Assembly (NCBI GenBank): GCA_964431805.1
Contig: CAYSKV010000003.1
Span: 53,256 to 117,255, forward strand
Length of the DNA stretch: 64,000 nucleotides
Source of the DNA: an uncultured Gammaproteobacteria bacterium
GTDB lineage: Bacteria; Patescibacteriota; Patescibacteriia; Patescibacteriales; GWC2-42-12
Reading direction: 5' to 3'
Shown: piece by piece, positions 47,694 to 56,590 of the stretch
Layout of the letters: each line of letters starts with the position of its first letter
Numbering within the stretch: position 1 is the stretch's first letter
Translations under genes and position numbers: made by a program
The notes under the pieces: generated by a model
Told to the model about the DNA's origin: nothing
The model's database searches: none
What the model saw: the letters and a program-made list of their open reading frames with translations, nothing else

Positions 47694-49101
47694 TAAAAAC
47701 ATTTTTAAAATTAGAATATTTTTATGGTTTATATTAGCCATAATTATTGTTTGGTTTGTTTATCTGAAAATAGCGCCAACCGGTACCATAAGTTATGTTT
47801 ATGATTTTAGCCGACCAAATTATTTTATAGGAAAATTAACGCCAGCCGAAAGAATTAAAACAAGCGAAGCAGAAGCAGAAATAAAAGGTGATCCGGTTTA
47901 TTTTTCGCTTAAGACGCCGCGTAGATTTGAGCGAGCTAAAGTAACCATAAAATTTAAAAACACTACTGATTTGCCAATTATGGAAATTGGTTTACTTAAT
48001 AATAAAAATGCCTGGAGTTCCGACCTTAAGCCTTTGCAGAATAAAATTATTGATCAACTAAATTTGGTCTGGTCGGTTGTTTTCGAAGAAAATGGAGTTA
48101 AATTAATTGAGCGCGAAAAAAAATATAATACAATCGAGCAATTTTTAAATAATTTACCAAATAAAGAAGAAATCGCTTTGTATAATTATAATTTTAAAAA
48201 TAATTTTTTGCTTAAAAGTTATAAGCCAAGCCAACAAGATAATATAATCAATTATAAAATTCGCGCCGCTTATCAATTTTATACTTATATAAAGCAAGAA
48301 GAGCTTAATTATATTTTTAATTTTGTTGATTTAAATCTTAATTCAGATGATGATCCGGTTGAAATTAAGATTTATTCAGGAGATAATGAAATTTATTCTA
48401 CTTATGTAACTGATGGCAAGGTGGATAATAATGAGCGACAAGCAATTGTAAAAATAGCTGATTTGCCGGAAGGAGTTTATCGTTTTAGCATTATTGCTAA
48501 TAACGATATCATAACTAAAAATATAATCAGCAAACAAAACCAGTTTGTTTTAATTAACAAAGTATGGCTAGCGGATGGTAATAAAAAAAATATTACCCTA
48601 TTTACAGATAGTCGATTAATTAACGCTCAAACTATAAATCCAGGGAGTCTCGGTAAAATAAAAGTCGGTGATACTTTTATAGATGTTAATGAAACTTATA
48701 AGCAGCTATCTATAAAAACCTTGAAACAACCGGCCAAAATTGAATTAAATAAAGATGATATAATTATTTCCGGCGATGGTGTTTTTAGTTTTGTTGAGGC
48801 TGGCTTGTTTGATCCAAAACTTAAAACTGTTGATGAAAATCTTAACATAAATGATGAAAAAATAAATTATGTTTTAACTAATTATCAAACTCCGATTGAT
48901 TTTGACGGTTGGCAAACGACCACTCAAGAATTTGACTTAACTAAAGCTTATCAAGAAAATAGCAAATATCAATTTTTAATTTCCATCCCTTCTCTTAAGG
49001 CGGAGGAGGCGCGCCAGGGCAAAGTTATGGTAAAAGAAATTAAAGTTGAACTTTTTGGAACTACTTTAAAGCAGAAGCTTAAAAAATATTTTAGTTTTTA
49101 A
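47656..49101 (+). CDS. Membrane-anchored extracellular beta-rich hypothetical protein
   Basis: 481 aa ORF with a single N-terminal TM. Confidence 0.75.
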   Translation: MNEKNNIISNGVNKNIFKIRIFLWFILAIIIVWFVYLKIAPTGTISYVYDFSRPNYFIGKLTPAERIKTSEAEAEIKGDPVYFSLKTPRRFERAKVTIKFKNTTDLPIMEIGLLNNKNAWSSDLKPLQNKIIDQLNLVWSVVFEENGVKLIEREKKYNTIEQFLNNLPNKEEIALYNYNFKNNFLLKSYKPSQQDNIINYKIRAAYQFYTYIKQEELNYIFNFVDLNLNSDDDPVEIKIYSGDNEIYSTYVTDGKVDNNERQAIVKIADLPEGVYRFSIIANNDIITKNIISKQNQFVLINKVWLADGNKKNITLFTDSRLINAQTINPGSLGKIKVGDTFIDVNETYKQLSIKTLKQPAKIELNKDDIIISGDGVFSFVEAGLFDPKLKTVDENLNINDEKINYVLTNYQTPIDFDGWQTTTQEFDLTKAYQENSKYQFLISIPSLKAEEARQGKVMVKEIKVELFGTTLKQKLKKYFSF

Positions 49102-49105
49102 AATT

Positions 49106-49312
49106 ATGTTGCAACATGATAATGAAGAAAAATTTAGCGATAGGATAAAAATAGCTAATATTTTTTTTCATGAATTATTTTATGTTTTGTCCGGCGCCAT
49201 ATTAATTTTTGCCTGCTTGGAAATATTTTGGCCGGGTATCGTTTTAGCTTATTTAAATTTAAATTATGTTTTGATATTTTGGTTAGTTATTGGTATAATA
49301 ATATTGTTTTAA
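49106..49312 (+). CDS. Small 2-TM hypothetical protein
   Basis: 68 aa, tightly packed in the operon. Confidence 0.6.
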   Translation: MLQHDNEEKFSDRIKIANIFFHELFYVLSGAILIFACLEIFWPGIVLAYLNLNYVLIFWLVIGIIILF

Positions 49313-49333
49313 TTGTTAAGATTATAAATTATT

Positions 49334-49765
49334 ATGATTAATCGTCGGAAGAATAATTATTTTGAAAAAATATTTTTTAACCAAAAATTTTTAGCGCTTT
49401 TAGGTTTGATTATTATGATCTTAATAAGTTTTCCTTTTGTTAAAAATACGCTTAAACAATATAGAATAAATAAAGAAATAGGCGAGCTTAAGCAGGAAAT
49501 TTCCGATTTACAAAATAAAAATGTTGATTTAAAGAATTTTGTTTCTTATTTAGAGTCAGATCAGTTTGCCGAAGAGCAGGCCAGGCTTAATTTAGGCTTA
49601 AAAAAGCCAGGCGAGGAAGTAATGGTAATAAAAACCGATAATAATAAGGCATCAACCAGCACTTCTACGAGCTCCACCATGTTTAATATTCCTGGTTATG
49701 AAAAAGCCAAGCCAGAAGTTAAGCAATCTAATCCTGAAAAATGGTTTAATTATTTTTTAAAGTAA
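49334..49765 (+). CDS. Septum formation initiator (FtsB/DivIC family)
   Basis: TM, coiled coil and EEQARLNLGLKKPGEEV. Confidence 0.88.
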   Translation: MINRRKNNYFEKIFFNQKFLALLGLIIMILISFPFVKNTLKQYRINKEIGELKQEISDLQNKNVDLKNFVSYLESDQFAEEQARLNLGLKKPGEEVMVIKTDNNKASTSTSTSSTMFNIPGYEKAKPEVKQSNPEKWFNYFLK

Positions 49766-49793
49766 AAAAATAAAAATATATAATTACTATTTT

Positions 49794-51062
49794 ATGGAAA
49801 AAAATTTAGATGGCATAAAAAAATTAAATCCCGAAGAGATAAAAGAAAATCGCAAAATAGTTTTAAAATATATCGGAGAGAAAGATCCAGAGCCGGTTGA
49901 GGAAAGTAATATTGCGGCTAAAATTCCGTCAGCTTTTAGAAAAGTTGATGGAATAAAATCAAAGGTTAATACTATATTTAGTAAGCCAACGCCAGCAATA
50001 GAAAAACCAGCAAACTCCGCGAAAGAGGTCGAGATTAATCTAGAAAAAACCAAGCAGGAAAAATTTAAAAAAGAAGAGTTAATTAAAAAAGAAATTGCGC
50101 AAAAGGCTAAACTTGCATCCGCAGAAAAAATTAGAGTTGAAGAAGAAAAAAGATGGCGCGAGAAATTAAAATTAGAAGAAGAGGCTGAAGCTGGAGAAAG
50201 AATAATTAAAGAGAACCAGCGGCTGGGTAAAATAAAACGCGCAGAAGAAATAAAAAGATTAAGACAAGAAATCGAATTGGCTAAAATAAAAGCTGCTGAA
50301 AAAAGAAAAATAAATCGCCAAAAAGCTTTTAAGCTTTTTAAGAAAAATTTTAACAATAAATTAAATGAAATTTTGCTTGTTGTTAAGCGGAATATTGGCT
50401 ATGTGGTATTATATTTAGTGCTTTTTTTAACTATCAGTTACGCGGTTTTTTGTTTGTTAATTTTAAGATTTAATTTAGATAATAGTGCCGTTAGAAAAAT
50501 AGAGAAATTTTTTCCAGTGCCGGCGGCGATTACTAATCAAGGTTTAATAAATTATTATGATTTTCAAGAAATAAAAAATAGTAACTATGAAAATTTTAAT
50601 TCTAGCGACAAAAAAATCGCTTTAACTAAATGGGTGATTTTTAAACAATTAAGTAAAAAATATGATCTTTCGTTTGATCCTTCTGGCGATAATTTAATTA
50701 CGGCGTTTGTAGCTGATACAGATTTTAATCAAGTTGGATTATCCAGAATAAAAAAGATTAGTGAGCTTTTAAAAAATACTGATGGTATAGAGAAATTAAG
50801 TAAATATGCCGATCAATATAGCAAAGTGACTTATTATGACAATGAAAGCGCTAGGGAAAAATTTGGCAAGACGGTTTTAAATTTAGACATAAATCAAATA
50901 AGTAATATAATTTTTAGCGCCGACGGTTATTATATAGTTCAGATAGTTGATAAAAGCGATAATCGATTAGGCGTGAAATATCTTTTTATTGGGGCTAAAA
51001 CATTAGATCAATATATTAATGAAATATTATCTAATATAAAAATATTTATTTTAGCTAATTAA
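49794..51062 (+). CDS. Bitopic protein: charged coiled-coil N-terminus, TM, possible degenerate SurA/PrsA-like external domain
   Basis: E/K-rich N-half, one TM, PVPAAI and QISNIIFSADGYYIVQ resembling the rotamase C-terminus. Confidence 0.6.
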   Translation: MEKNLDGIKKLNPEEIKENRKIVLKYIGEKDPEPVEESNIAAKIPSAFRKVDGIKSKVNTIFSKPTPAIEKPANSAKEVEINLEKTKQEKFKKEELIKKEIAQKAKLASAEKIRVEEEKRWREKLKLEEEAEAGERIIKENQRLGKIKRAEEIKRLRQEIELAKIKAAEKRKINRQKAFKLFKKNFNNKLNEILLVVKRNIGYVVLYLVLFLTISYAVFCLLILRFNLDNSAVRKIEKFFPVPAAITNQGLINYYDFQEIKNSNYENFNSSDKKIALTKWVIFKQLSKKYDLSFDPSGDNLITAFVADTDFNQVGLSRIKKISELLKNTDGIEKLSKYADQYSKVTYYDNESAREKFGKTVLNLDINQISNIIFSADGYYIVQIVDKSDNRLGVKYLFIGAKTLDQYINEILSNIKIFILAN

Positions 51063-51078
51063 GATTGTGTAATTAAAT

Positions 51079-51111
51079 AAAAAACAGCTGTTATAATCAA
51101 CAGCTGTTTTT
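51079..51111. terminator. Bidirectional terminator between convergent units
   Basis: AAAAACAGCTGTT...AACAGCTGTTTTT. Confidence 0.8.
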
Positions 51112-51135
51112 CGTGAGCCGAGACTGGGAATCGAA
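51108..51135 (-). repeat. Duplicate of the tRNA-Thr 3' end (att-like scar)
   Basis: 27/28 identical to 51183-51210. Confidence 0.85.
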
Positions 51136-51190
51136 GCGCCTCGGTGCTAAACGGGCGAAAAAGAAAACGGGGCAACCTGCGGTTTTCGTG

Positions 51191-51263
51191 AGCCGAGACC
51201 GGGAATCGAACCCGGAACCTATAGTTTACGATACTATTGCTCTACCAATTGAGCTATCTCGGC
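51191..51263 (-). tRNA. tRNA-Thr(CGT)
   Basis: Minus strand GCCGAGA...TCTCGGC; anticodon arm ATAGT-ATCGTAA-ACTAT; T-loop TTCGATT. Confidence 0.93.
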
Positions 51264-51268
51264 AAGTT

Positions 51269-51601
51269 TTAAACTATATCATATCTTGGCATAATATCAA
51301 TAGCTGGTTCTTCATAGGGATGAGCTTTCTTTATTTCTGCGATAACTTTTTCCACTAAGTTTTTATGACAAAGCGTTTCTATTAATTCTTCTTCGACTTC
51401 TTCAAGTTTACCAAGTTTACCGATAGCTGGGTGTGCGCCAGCCATTGGTTTGAAGCGGCCAGTTTGTTTTATAGAATTACTGGCGAATTCATAATTTCCC
51501 TGGATGCCGGCGCCAGTTAAACCCATAACCTGCCGTATTTTATCGGCGGCTTCAAGCGGAACGCTCACGCGAATTTTTACATAATCAGATTCTTTTAGCA
51601 T
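51269..51601 (-). CDS. Stand-alone NIF3/YqfO PII-like insert domain protein
   Basis: GAGIQGNY, GRFKPMAGAHPAIG, IKKAHPYEEPAID. Confidence 0.85.
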   Translation of the reverse strand: MLKESDYVKIRVSVPLEAADKIRQVMGLTGAGIQGNYEFASNSIKQTGRFKPMAGAHPAIGKLGKLEEVEEELIETLCHKNLVEKVIAEIKKAHPYEEPAIDIMPRYDIV

Positions 51602-51663
51602 AGAGCGGGTTAGTAAATGACGTTTAAATTGAGTTTATTGGCAAATTTAATTTATAGAAAAAT

Positions 51664-53019
51664 TTATAAGTACGGATCGCCCATCTTCATGTATTTCCCT
51701 ATTTTTTTCCCATCCTTCGTTATTAAAGTTAAAACATTATTTTCAACGGACCATCGCCAAGTTTCTTTTATTGTCCCAGATATTTCTATGGTATTATCTT
51801 TTATTTCATATGTTCCATTAATAAAATTCTTACGCATTAATGAATACACATCCTGTGAATCAGTAAAATATACTACATTCTCAATACCTGAATCACCCAA
51901 ATGAACCCATCTACCAATAATGCCATTATGAGAACCGCCGCCAGAAAGCAATTCTTGTGCTACTTTTTTATTGGGATATGCAATAGTTAGTAAGCTTCCA
52001 TTTATACCAAACCCATATGTAGAATTAGGTGTTTTTGTTGAATCAGAAAACATATAGGTTAAGCTGTGATCTTCAACTTTATACTTAAAATTATCAAAAA
52101 CACCGTATTCAAAAAGTGCTTTATTGTCAGAAGAAAATATTATCCCAACTCCTAAGTTGTTATTGCCTATATTTAAAGGGAACCATTCTCCTTCTATTAA
52201 ATTTTTCTCTTTTTGTGTAGGTAAATTATTTAAATTATTTTCTTGTTGAGAAAAAATATCAGGAGTCAGTTGCATTACTATTTTGACTCCTGCTCTTTGA
52301 TTCATAATATAACCTACGCTAATTAAAATCAGTCCTATAAAAAACAGTACCCCCGCAATTATAATTGATAGTCTAGGTCTTTTTTGTTGCTGATTTATGT
52401 TGTAATTATTTTGTTGAATAAATTTTCTTTTCTTTATAAACCATACAATTCCACCAATAAATAATCCTGACACAAATCCTAATGGACCAGTTATAAAAAT
52501 ACCAAGTAGTGGACCCTGATTAGCATCTGGGGCAAAAAATATCGGACCAAAAAAACCCAAAATAAAACCTATAGAACCCGTGGCTATTCCGCCTATTAAA
52601 ATATAATTTAATAATTCTTTTGTGGCATTTTCTGTCATCCACCATAAGAAAAAACAGGTGCTGAATGAAATTAAAAACGAAATCAAGACATTAAGAAATT
52701 TAATTTCATTAATTCCTGGTACTAACGGCAACAACGCTAAATTAATTGCATAATAACTAATAATAAATAACGGGATCATAAATATTCGAACTATTGCCAA
52801 TGTACTTTTTTCTTGAGGATTTTCTTCCTGAATACTTTTTTCTGGAATACTTCCTAATTTTTTCCACACAAAAAATCCTATGCATAATGCAGCTATAAGT
52901 GAAAGTATTTGTGCAATTATTCTAGGAACAGCTATAAGTGAAAATGGTAACCAATAAATAAAGTAATTACTAGCAATAAATGCCAAGAAAGTTAAAATTA
53001 TTCTAAAAAATGTTTTCAT
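51664..53019 (-). CDS. Polytopic membrane protein with C-terminal lipocalin-like beta repeats
   Basis: ATG at 53019 (the longer ORF start overlaps tRNA-Gly); about 7 TM; GFFGP...ANQGPLLGIFITGPLG motif; LIEGEW / IIGRW repeats. Confidence 0.7.
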   Translation of the reverse strand: MKTFFRIILTFLAFIASNYFIYWLPFSLIAVPRIIAQILSLIAALCIGFFVWKKLGSIPEKSIQEENPQEKSTLAIVRIFMIPLFIISYYAINLALLPLVPGINEIKFLNVLISFLISFSTCFFLWWMTENATKELLNYILIGGIATGSIGFILGFFGPIFFAPDANQGPLLGIFITGPLGFVSGLFIGGIVWFIKKRKFIQQNNYNINQQQKRPRLSIIIAGVLFFIGLILISVGYIMNQRAGVKIVMQLTPDIFSQQENNLNNLPTQKEKNLIEGEWFPLNIGNNNLGVGIIFSSDNKALFEYGVFDNFKYKVEDHSLTYMFSDSTKTPNSTYGFGINGSLLTIAYPNKKVAQELLSGGGSHNGIIGRWVHLGDSGIENVVYFTDSQDVYSLMRKNFINGTYEIKDNTIEISGTIKETWRWSVENNVLTLITKDGKKIGKYMKMGDPYL

Positions 53020-53089
53020 ATTTTTATTAATTATATATTTATCATACCATAAACAAAAATACGGCTCAACAAAGCCGTAAATATTCTTG

Positions 53090-53160
53090 AGCGGGTAACG
53101 GGAATCGGACCCGTGCCTCAACCTTGGGAAGGTCGCGTACTACCATTATACTATACCCGC
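53090..53160 (-). tRNA. tRNA-Gly(CCC)
   Basis: Minus strand GCGGGTA...TACCCGC; anticodon loop TTCCCAA; T-loop TCCGATT. Confidence 0.94.
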
Positions 53161-53219
53161 TTAGTATTTTCATCTTAAATTTTTAATATTTGTTTATTTT
53201 ATGTTATAATTATATTTGT

Positions 53220-54830
53220 ATGGTTAGGCAAAGTCAAATTTGTAGTAAAATTGTAATATTTTTTCTAATATTAACGCTGGCGCAAACGGCCGGTGGTTTT
53301 GTTTATGCGCAAGTAGATAATGAATCCCCGCAAAATAATTCTTACTTTATAAATTTAGATAAAAAAGCGATTACCCAAGGCTATACGGTTAGCGCTTTTA
53401 ACGACGCCGTAAAAGTTTCTTTAACCCCAGGAATATTAAGTGATTCTACTGGTGTAGAAATAATTGAATTGAATGAAGCAACAGATGATCCATGGCAGTT
53501 AGAAAGATTAAGCAAGGTTTATCAATTTGAGTTTAAAAATAAGTCAGCTTATGATAATAAAAAATCTTTTAATGTTCAGCTTTCCTATAATAAATCCTCG
53601 AATTATTATAAGCAAGTTTTTTATTATGACAAAAATTATTCTTCTTGGCGCCCCTTACCCACAGTTGATTATCCTGAAAAATCATTTGTACGCTCCTTAA
53701 TCCATTTACCGTTCGCCCGTATTGCCGTTTTTGCTAATCCAGAAGCTTTAGCAGTTGGTCAGGCTAGTTGGTATTCATATAAAGGCGGCCTGTTTGCCGC
53801 TTCACCTGATTTTCCCAAAGGTTCAAAATTACGAGTTTATAATACAGCCAACAATAAATTCGTTGATGTGATCATAAATGATTTTGGTCCTAACAGAAAA
53901 CTCCACCCAAATAGAGTTGTTGATTTAGATAAGGCAGCTTTTAAAAAAATTGCTTCTACGGGCGCGGGCTTGATTAATGTAAGAATACAGCCAATTGATA
54001 TTGTTAAAGAAAATAATAAAATTTTAGATATAGCCGAGTCTGGCGCTAAATCAGAATTTTTAACTAATGCAAAATCGGCTATAGCCATGGATGAACAAAC
54101 AGGGGAAATACTATGGCAAAAAAATGCTACCAGCACTTTACCTTTAGCTAGTTTAACTAAATTAGTAGCTATCAAAGTTTTTCTTGATACTAAACCGACT
54201 TTAAATAAAGAAGTGGCTTATAGCGTTAAAGACGAAGAATATAACTATAAATATGTTAATAAATGGGAATCAGCTAGATTAAAATTGCAAGATGGCGATA
54301 CTCTAACTATCGAAGATTTGCTTTATGCTGCTTTAGTCGGTTCGGCCAATAACGCTATAGAAACTTTAGTGCGCGTTAGCGGGCTTAAACGAGACGAGTT
54401 TATTTTAAAAATGAATCAAGAAGTAATAAATTGGGGAGCTACCGCCACCAAATTTATAGAGCCAACCGGTTTATCTCCGGAAAATGTGAGTTCAGCGCTT
54501 GATTATGCTATAATAACTAAAGAAGTTTATACGCATCCGATTATTCAAAAAGCCAGTACGATGTATAAGTATAAATTTACCACGATAAATACTAAAAAAG
54601 CTCACACCATAACTAATACTGATAAACTTTTACAAACCAGCAATTTAAATATTACTGGTTCTAAAACTGGTTATCTTGATGAGGCTCAGTACTGTTTAAT
54701 GGCGAGAGCTAAAAATGATTTAGGTAGGCAGGTAATAGCTGTAACCATGGGTATCTCAAGTAGGGAAAACAGTTTTAGCGAAACCGAACAATTATTAAAA
54801 TATGCTTTAAAGACCATGCAATATGATTAA
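53220..54830 (+). CDS. Secreted fusion: RlpA-like double-psi barrel plus S11 D-alanyl-D-alanine carboxypeptidase/endopeptidase
   Basis: GQASWY..AAS..INDFGP..RVVDL; SxxK ASLTK, SxN GSAN, KTG. Confidence 0.88.
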   Translation: MVRQSQICSKIVIFFLILTLAQTAGGFVYAQVDNESPQNNSYFINLDKKAITQGYTVSAFNDAVKVSLTPGILSDSTGVEIIELNEATDDPWQLERLSKVYQFEFKNKSAYDNKKSFNVQLSYNKSSNYYKQVFYYDKNYSSWRPLPTVDYPEKSFVRSLIHLPFARIAVFANPEALAVGQASWYSYKGGLFAASPDFPKGSKLRVYNTANNKFVDVIINDFGPNRKLHPNRVVDLDKAAFKKIASTGAGLINVRIQPIDIVKENNKILDIAESGAKSEFLTNAKSAIAMDEQTGEILWQKNATSTLPLASLTKLVAIKVFLDTKPTLNKEVAYSVKDEEYNYKYVNKWESARLKLQDGDTLTIEDLLYAALVGSANNAIETLVRVSGLKRDEFILKMNQEVINWGATATKFIEPTGLSPENVSSALDYAIITKEVYTHPIIQKASTMYKYKFTTINTKKAHTITNTDKLLQTSNLNITGSKTGYLDEAQYCLMARAKNDLGRQVIAVTMGISSRENSFSETEQLLKYALKTMQYD

Positions 54831-55503
54831 TTTATCAAATATTACAAAGATTTATCCGCCAGACATAACAGCTCTGCATAAAGTTAATTTGCATATTAAG
54901 CCGGGTGAATTTGTTTCTATAGTCGGGCAGTCAGGAACTGGTAAAACCACGCTAGTTAAACTTTTAATTAGCGAAGAGAAGGCCGATAAAGGGAAAATTG
55001 TTATTGGCGGTTGGGATATTACTGATATTGGTCAGTCAGAAATTCCTGTGCTAAGGCGCCAAATCGGAGTAGTTTTTCAGGACTTTAAATTATTGCAGAG
55101 AAAGACATTATTTGAAAATGTTGCTTTTGCTTTACAGGTTTGCGGCGAGCCGCAAAGAAAAATAAATAATATTGTGCCACAGGTTTTAAAGATTGTTGGG
55201 CTAGAAAATAAAATGCATCGTTATCCTCAGCAGATTTCTGGTGGCGAGCAGCAACGCGCAGTAATCGCCCGCGCTTTAGTGCATCGGCCGAAAATTCTTT
55301 TAGCTGATGAACCAACTGGTAATTTAGATTCAATTAACGCTGATGAAATTATTGAAATTCTTCAAAAAATCAATAAGTTCGGCACTACGGTTGTTTTAGT
55401 AACTCATAATCGAGAAGTGGTAAATAAATTGAAAAAAAGAGTAATTACCATAGATAACGGATTAATTGTCGGCGATCAGGCGGTTGGAAAATATGTTTTA
55501 TAA
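54823..55503 (+). CDS. ftsE: Cell division ABC ATPase
   Basis: GQSGTGKT, LRRQIGVVFQDFKLL, SGGEQQR, LADEPTGNLD; followed by ftsX. Confidence 0.93.
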   Translation: MINLSNITKIYPPDITALHKVNLHIKPGEFVSIVGQSGTGKTTLVKLLISEEKADKGKIVIGGWDITDIGQSEIPVLRRQIGVVFQDFKLLQRKTLFENVAFALQVCGEPQRKINNIVPQVLKIVGLENKMHRYPQQISGGEQQRAVIARALVHRPKILLADEPTGNLDSINADEIIEILQKINKFGTTVVLVTHNREVVNKLKKRVITIDNGLIVGDQAVGKYVL

Positions 55504-55615
55504 AACTTTTAAAAACTTTTTAAGAAAAAGTTTTTAATATTTTCAAAAATATAAGGTATCAAGTAAAAATTTTACAGCGGGCAAAGCCCTGCGGCCGTAA
55601 AATTTTTACTTGATA
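55504..55615 (+). repeat. Structured intergenic repeat family A, copy 4
   Basis: Core TATCAAGTAAAAATTTTAC-AGC-GGGC-AAA-GCCC-TGCGGCC-GTAAAATTTTTACTTGATA. Confidence 0.9.
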
Positions 55616-55633
55616 ATTAATGAATTTATTTTT

Positions 55634-56548
55634 ATGTTTTTATTATCGTTTTTTAGAGTTATAAAATTTAGCTTTCAGGATATAATTCGTAATATTTGGT
55701 TGTCCGCAGTTACAATAATGATTTTAGTTTTGGCTTTATTTTCAATTAACTTATTGTTAGTGGTAAAAGTAATTAGTTCATCGACGGTTAACGCGGTTAA
55801 AGAAAAAATTGATATAACTTTATATTTAAAATCAGATGCGGAAGAAAATCGTATTTTAGCTTTAAAAAGTCAGGTCGAAAATCTTGGTTCGGTTAAACAG
55901 GTTGATTATGTTAATAAACAGGTAGCCTTAGAAGATTTTAGAGAAAAACATAAAAATAAGCCGGAAATATTACAAGCTTTATTGGAGTTAGGTAAAAATC
56001 CATTATCTCCGAGTTTGATAATAAAACCTAAAGATATAAATAATTATGAAGAATTGGTTGCTAATTTAAATAAAATTAATGACGATATTATTGAGTCAAA
56101 AGATTTTGATGATTATAAGGCTCAATTAGCAAAAATTAATAGTATCGCTCAAAAAGCTAATCAAGTTGGTTTATTTGTCAGTTTATTATTTGTTTTAATA
56201 ACGATGTTGGTGGTTTATAATGCAGTGCGCGTTGCTATTTCAACGCATAAGCGGGAAATTGGTATTATGAGATTAGTTGGGGCTTCAGCTTGGTTTATTC
56301 GCGCTCCTTATTTAATTTCCAGTATGATTTATTCATTTTTTGGGGTTATAATAGTAATAATTATTATTTATCCTTTGTTAAATTTATTTCAACCATATTT
56401 AACAACATTTTTTTCCGGTTTTGAAGTTAGTTTATTGAATTATTATAATAGTAATTTTGTATTGATTTTTGGTTTAGAATTTTTAGTTGCTAGCTTAATT
56501 AATGCGCTGGCTAGCTTGGTGGCAATAAGTAAATATTCAAAAGTATAA
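55634..56548 (+). CDS. ftsX: Cell division permease
   Basis: RNIWLS, NPL.PS, REIGIMRLVGAS.WFIRAPY. Confidence 0.93.
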   Translation: MFLLSFFRVIKFSFQDIIRNIWLSAVTIMILVLALFSINLLLVVKVISSSTVNAVKEKIDITLYLKSDAEENRILALKSQVENLGSVKQVDYVNKQVALEDFREKHKNKPEILQALLELGKNPLSPSLIIKPKDINNYEELVANLNKINDDIIESKDFDDYKAQLAKINSIAQKANQVGLFVSLLFVLITMLVVYNAVRVAISTHKREIGIMRLVGASAWFIRAPYLISSMIYSFFGVIIVIIIIYPLLNLFQPYLTTFFSGFEVSLLNYYNSNFVLIFGLEFLVASLINALASLVAISKYSKV

Positions 56549-56552
56549 AATA

Positions 56553-56590
56553 AAAAACAGCCCGTGAAATTAAGTGGGCTGTTTTTTATT
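56553..56590. terminator. Bidirectional terminator
   Basis: AAAAAACAGCCC...GGGCTGTTTTTT between convergent genes. Confidence 0.8.

Noticed and set aside
49787-50356. 189-aa hydrophobic minus-strand ORF
   Set aside because: Antisense shadow of the Lys/Glu-rich coiled-coil region; the other short antisense ORFs inside core genes were rejected likewise
51113-51358. 81-aa plus-strand ORF with a repeated SRD..ES peptide
   Set aside because: It is the antisense reading of tRNA-Thr and its 3' duplication
53020-53121. Extended N-terminus of the 485-aa ORF
   Set aside because: It overlaps tRNA-Gly and its terminator; ATG at 53019 is the plausible start
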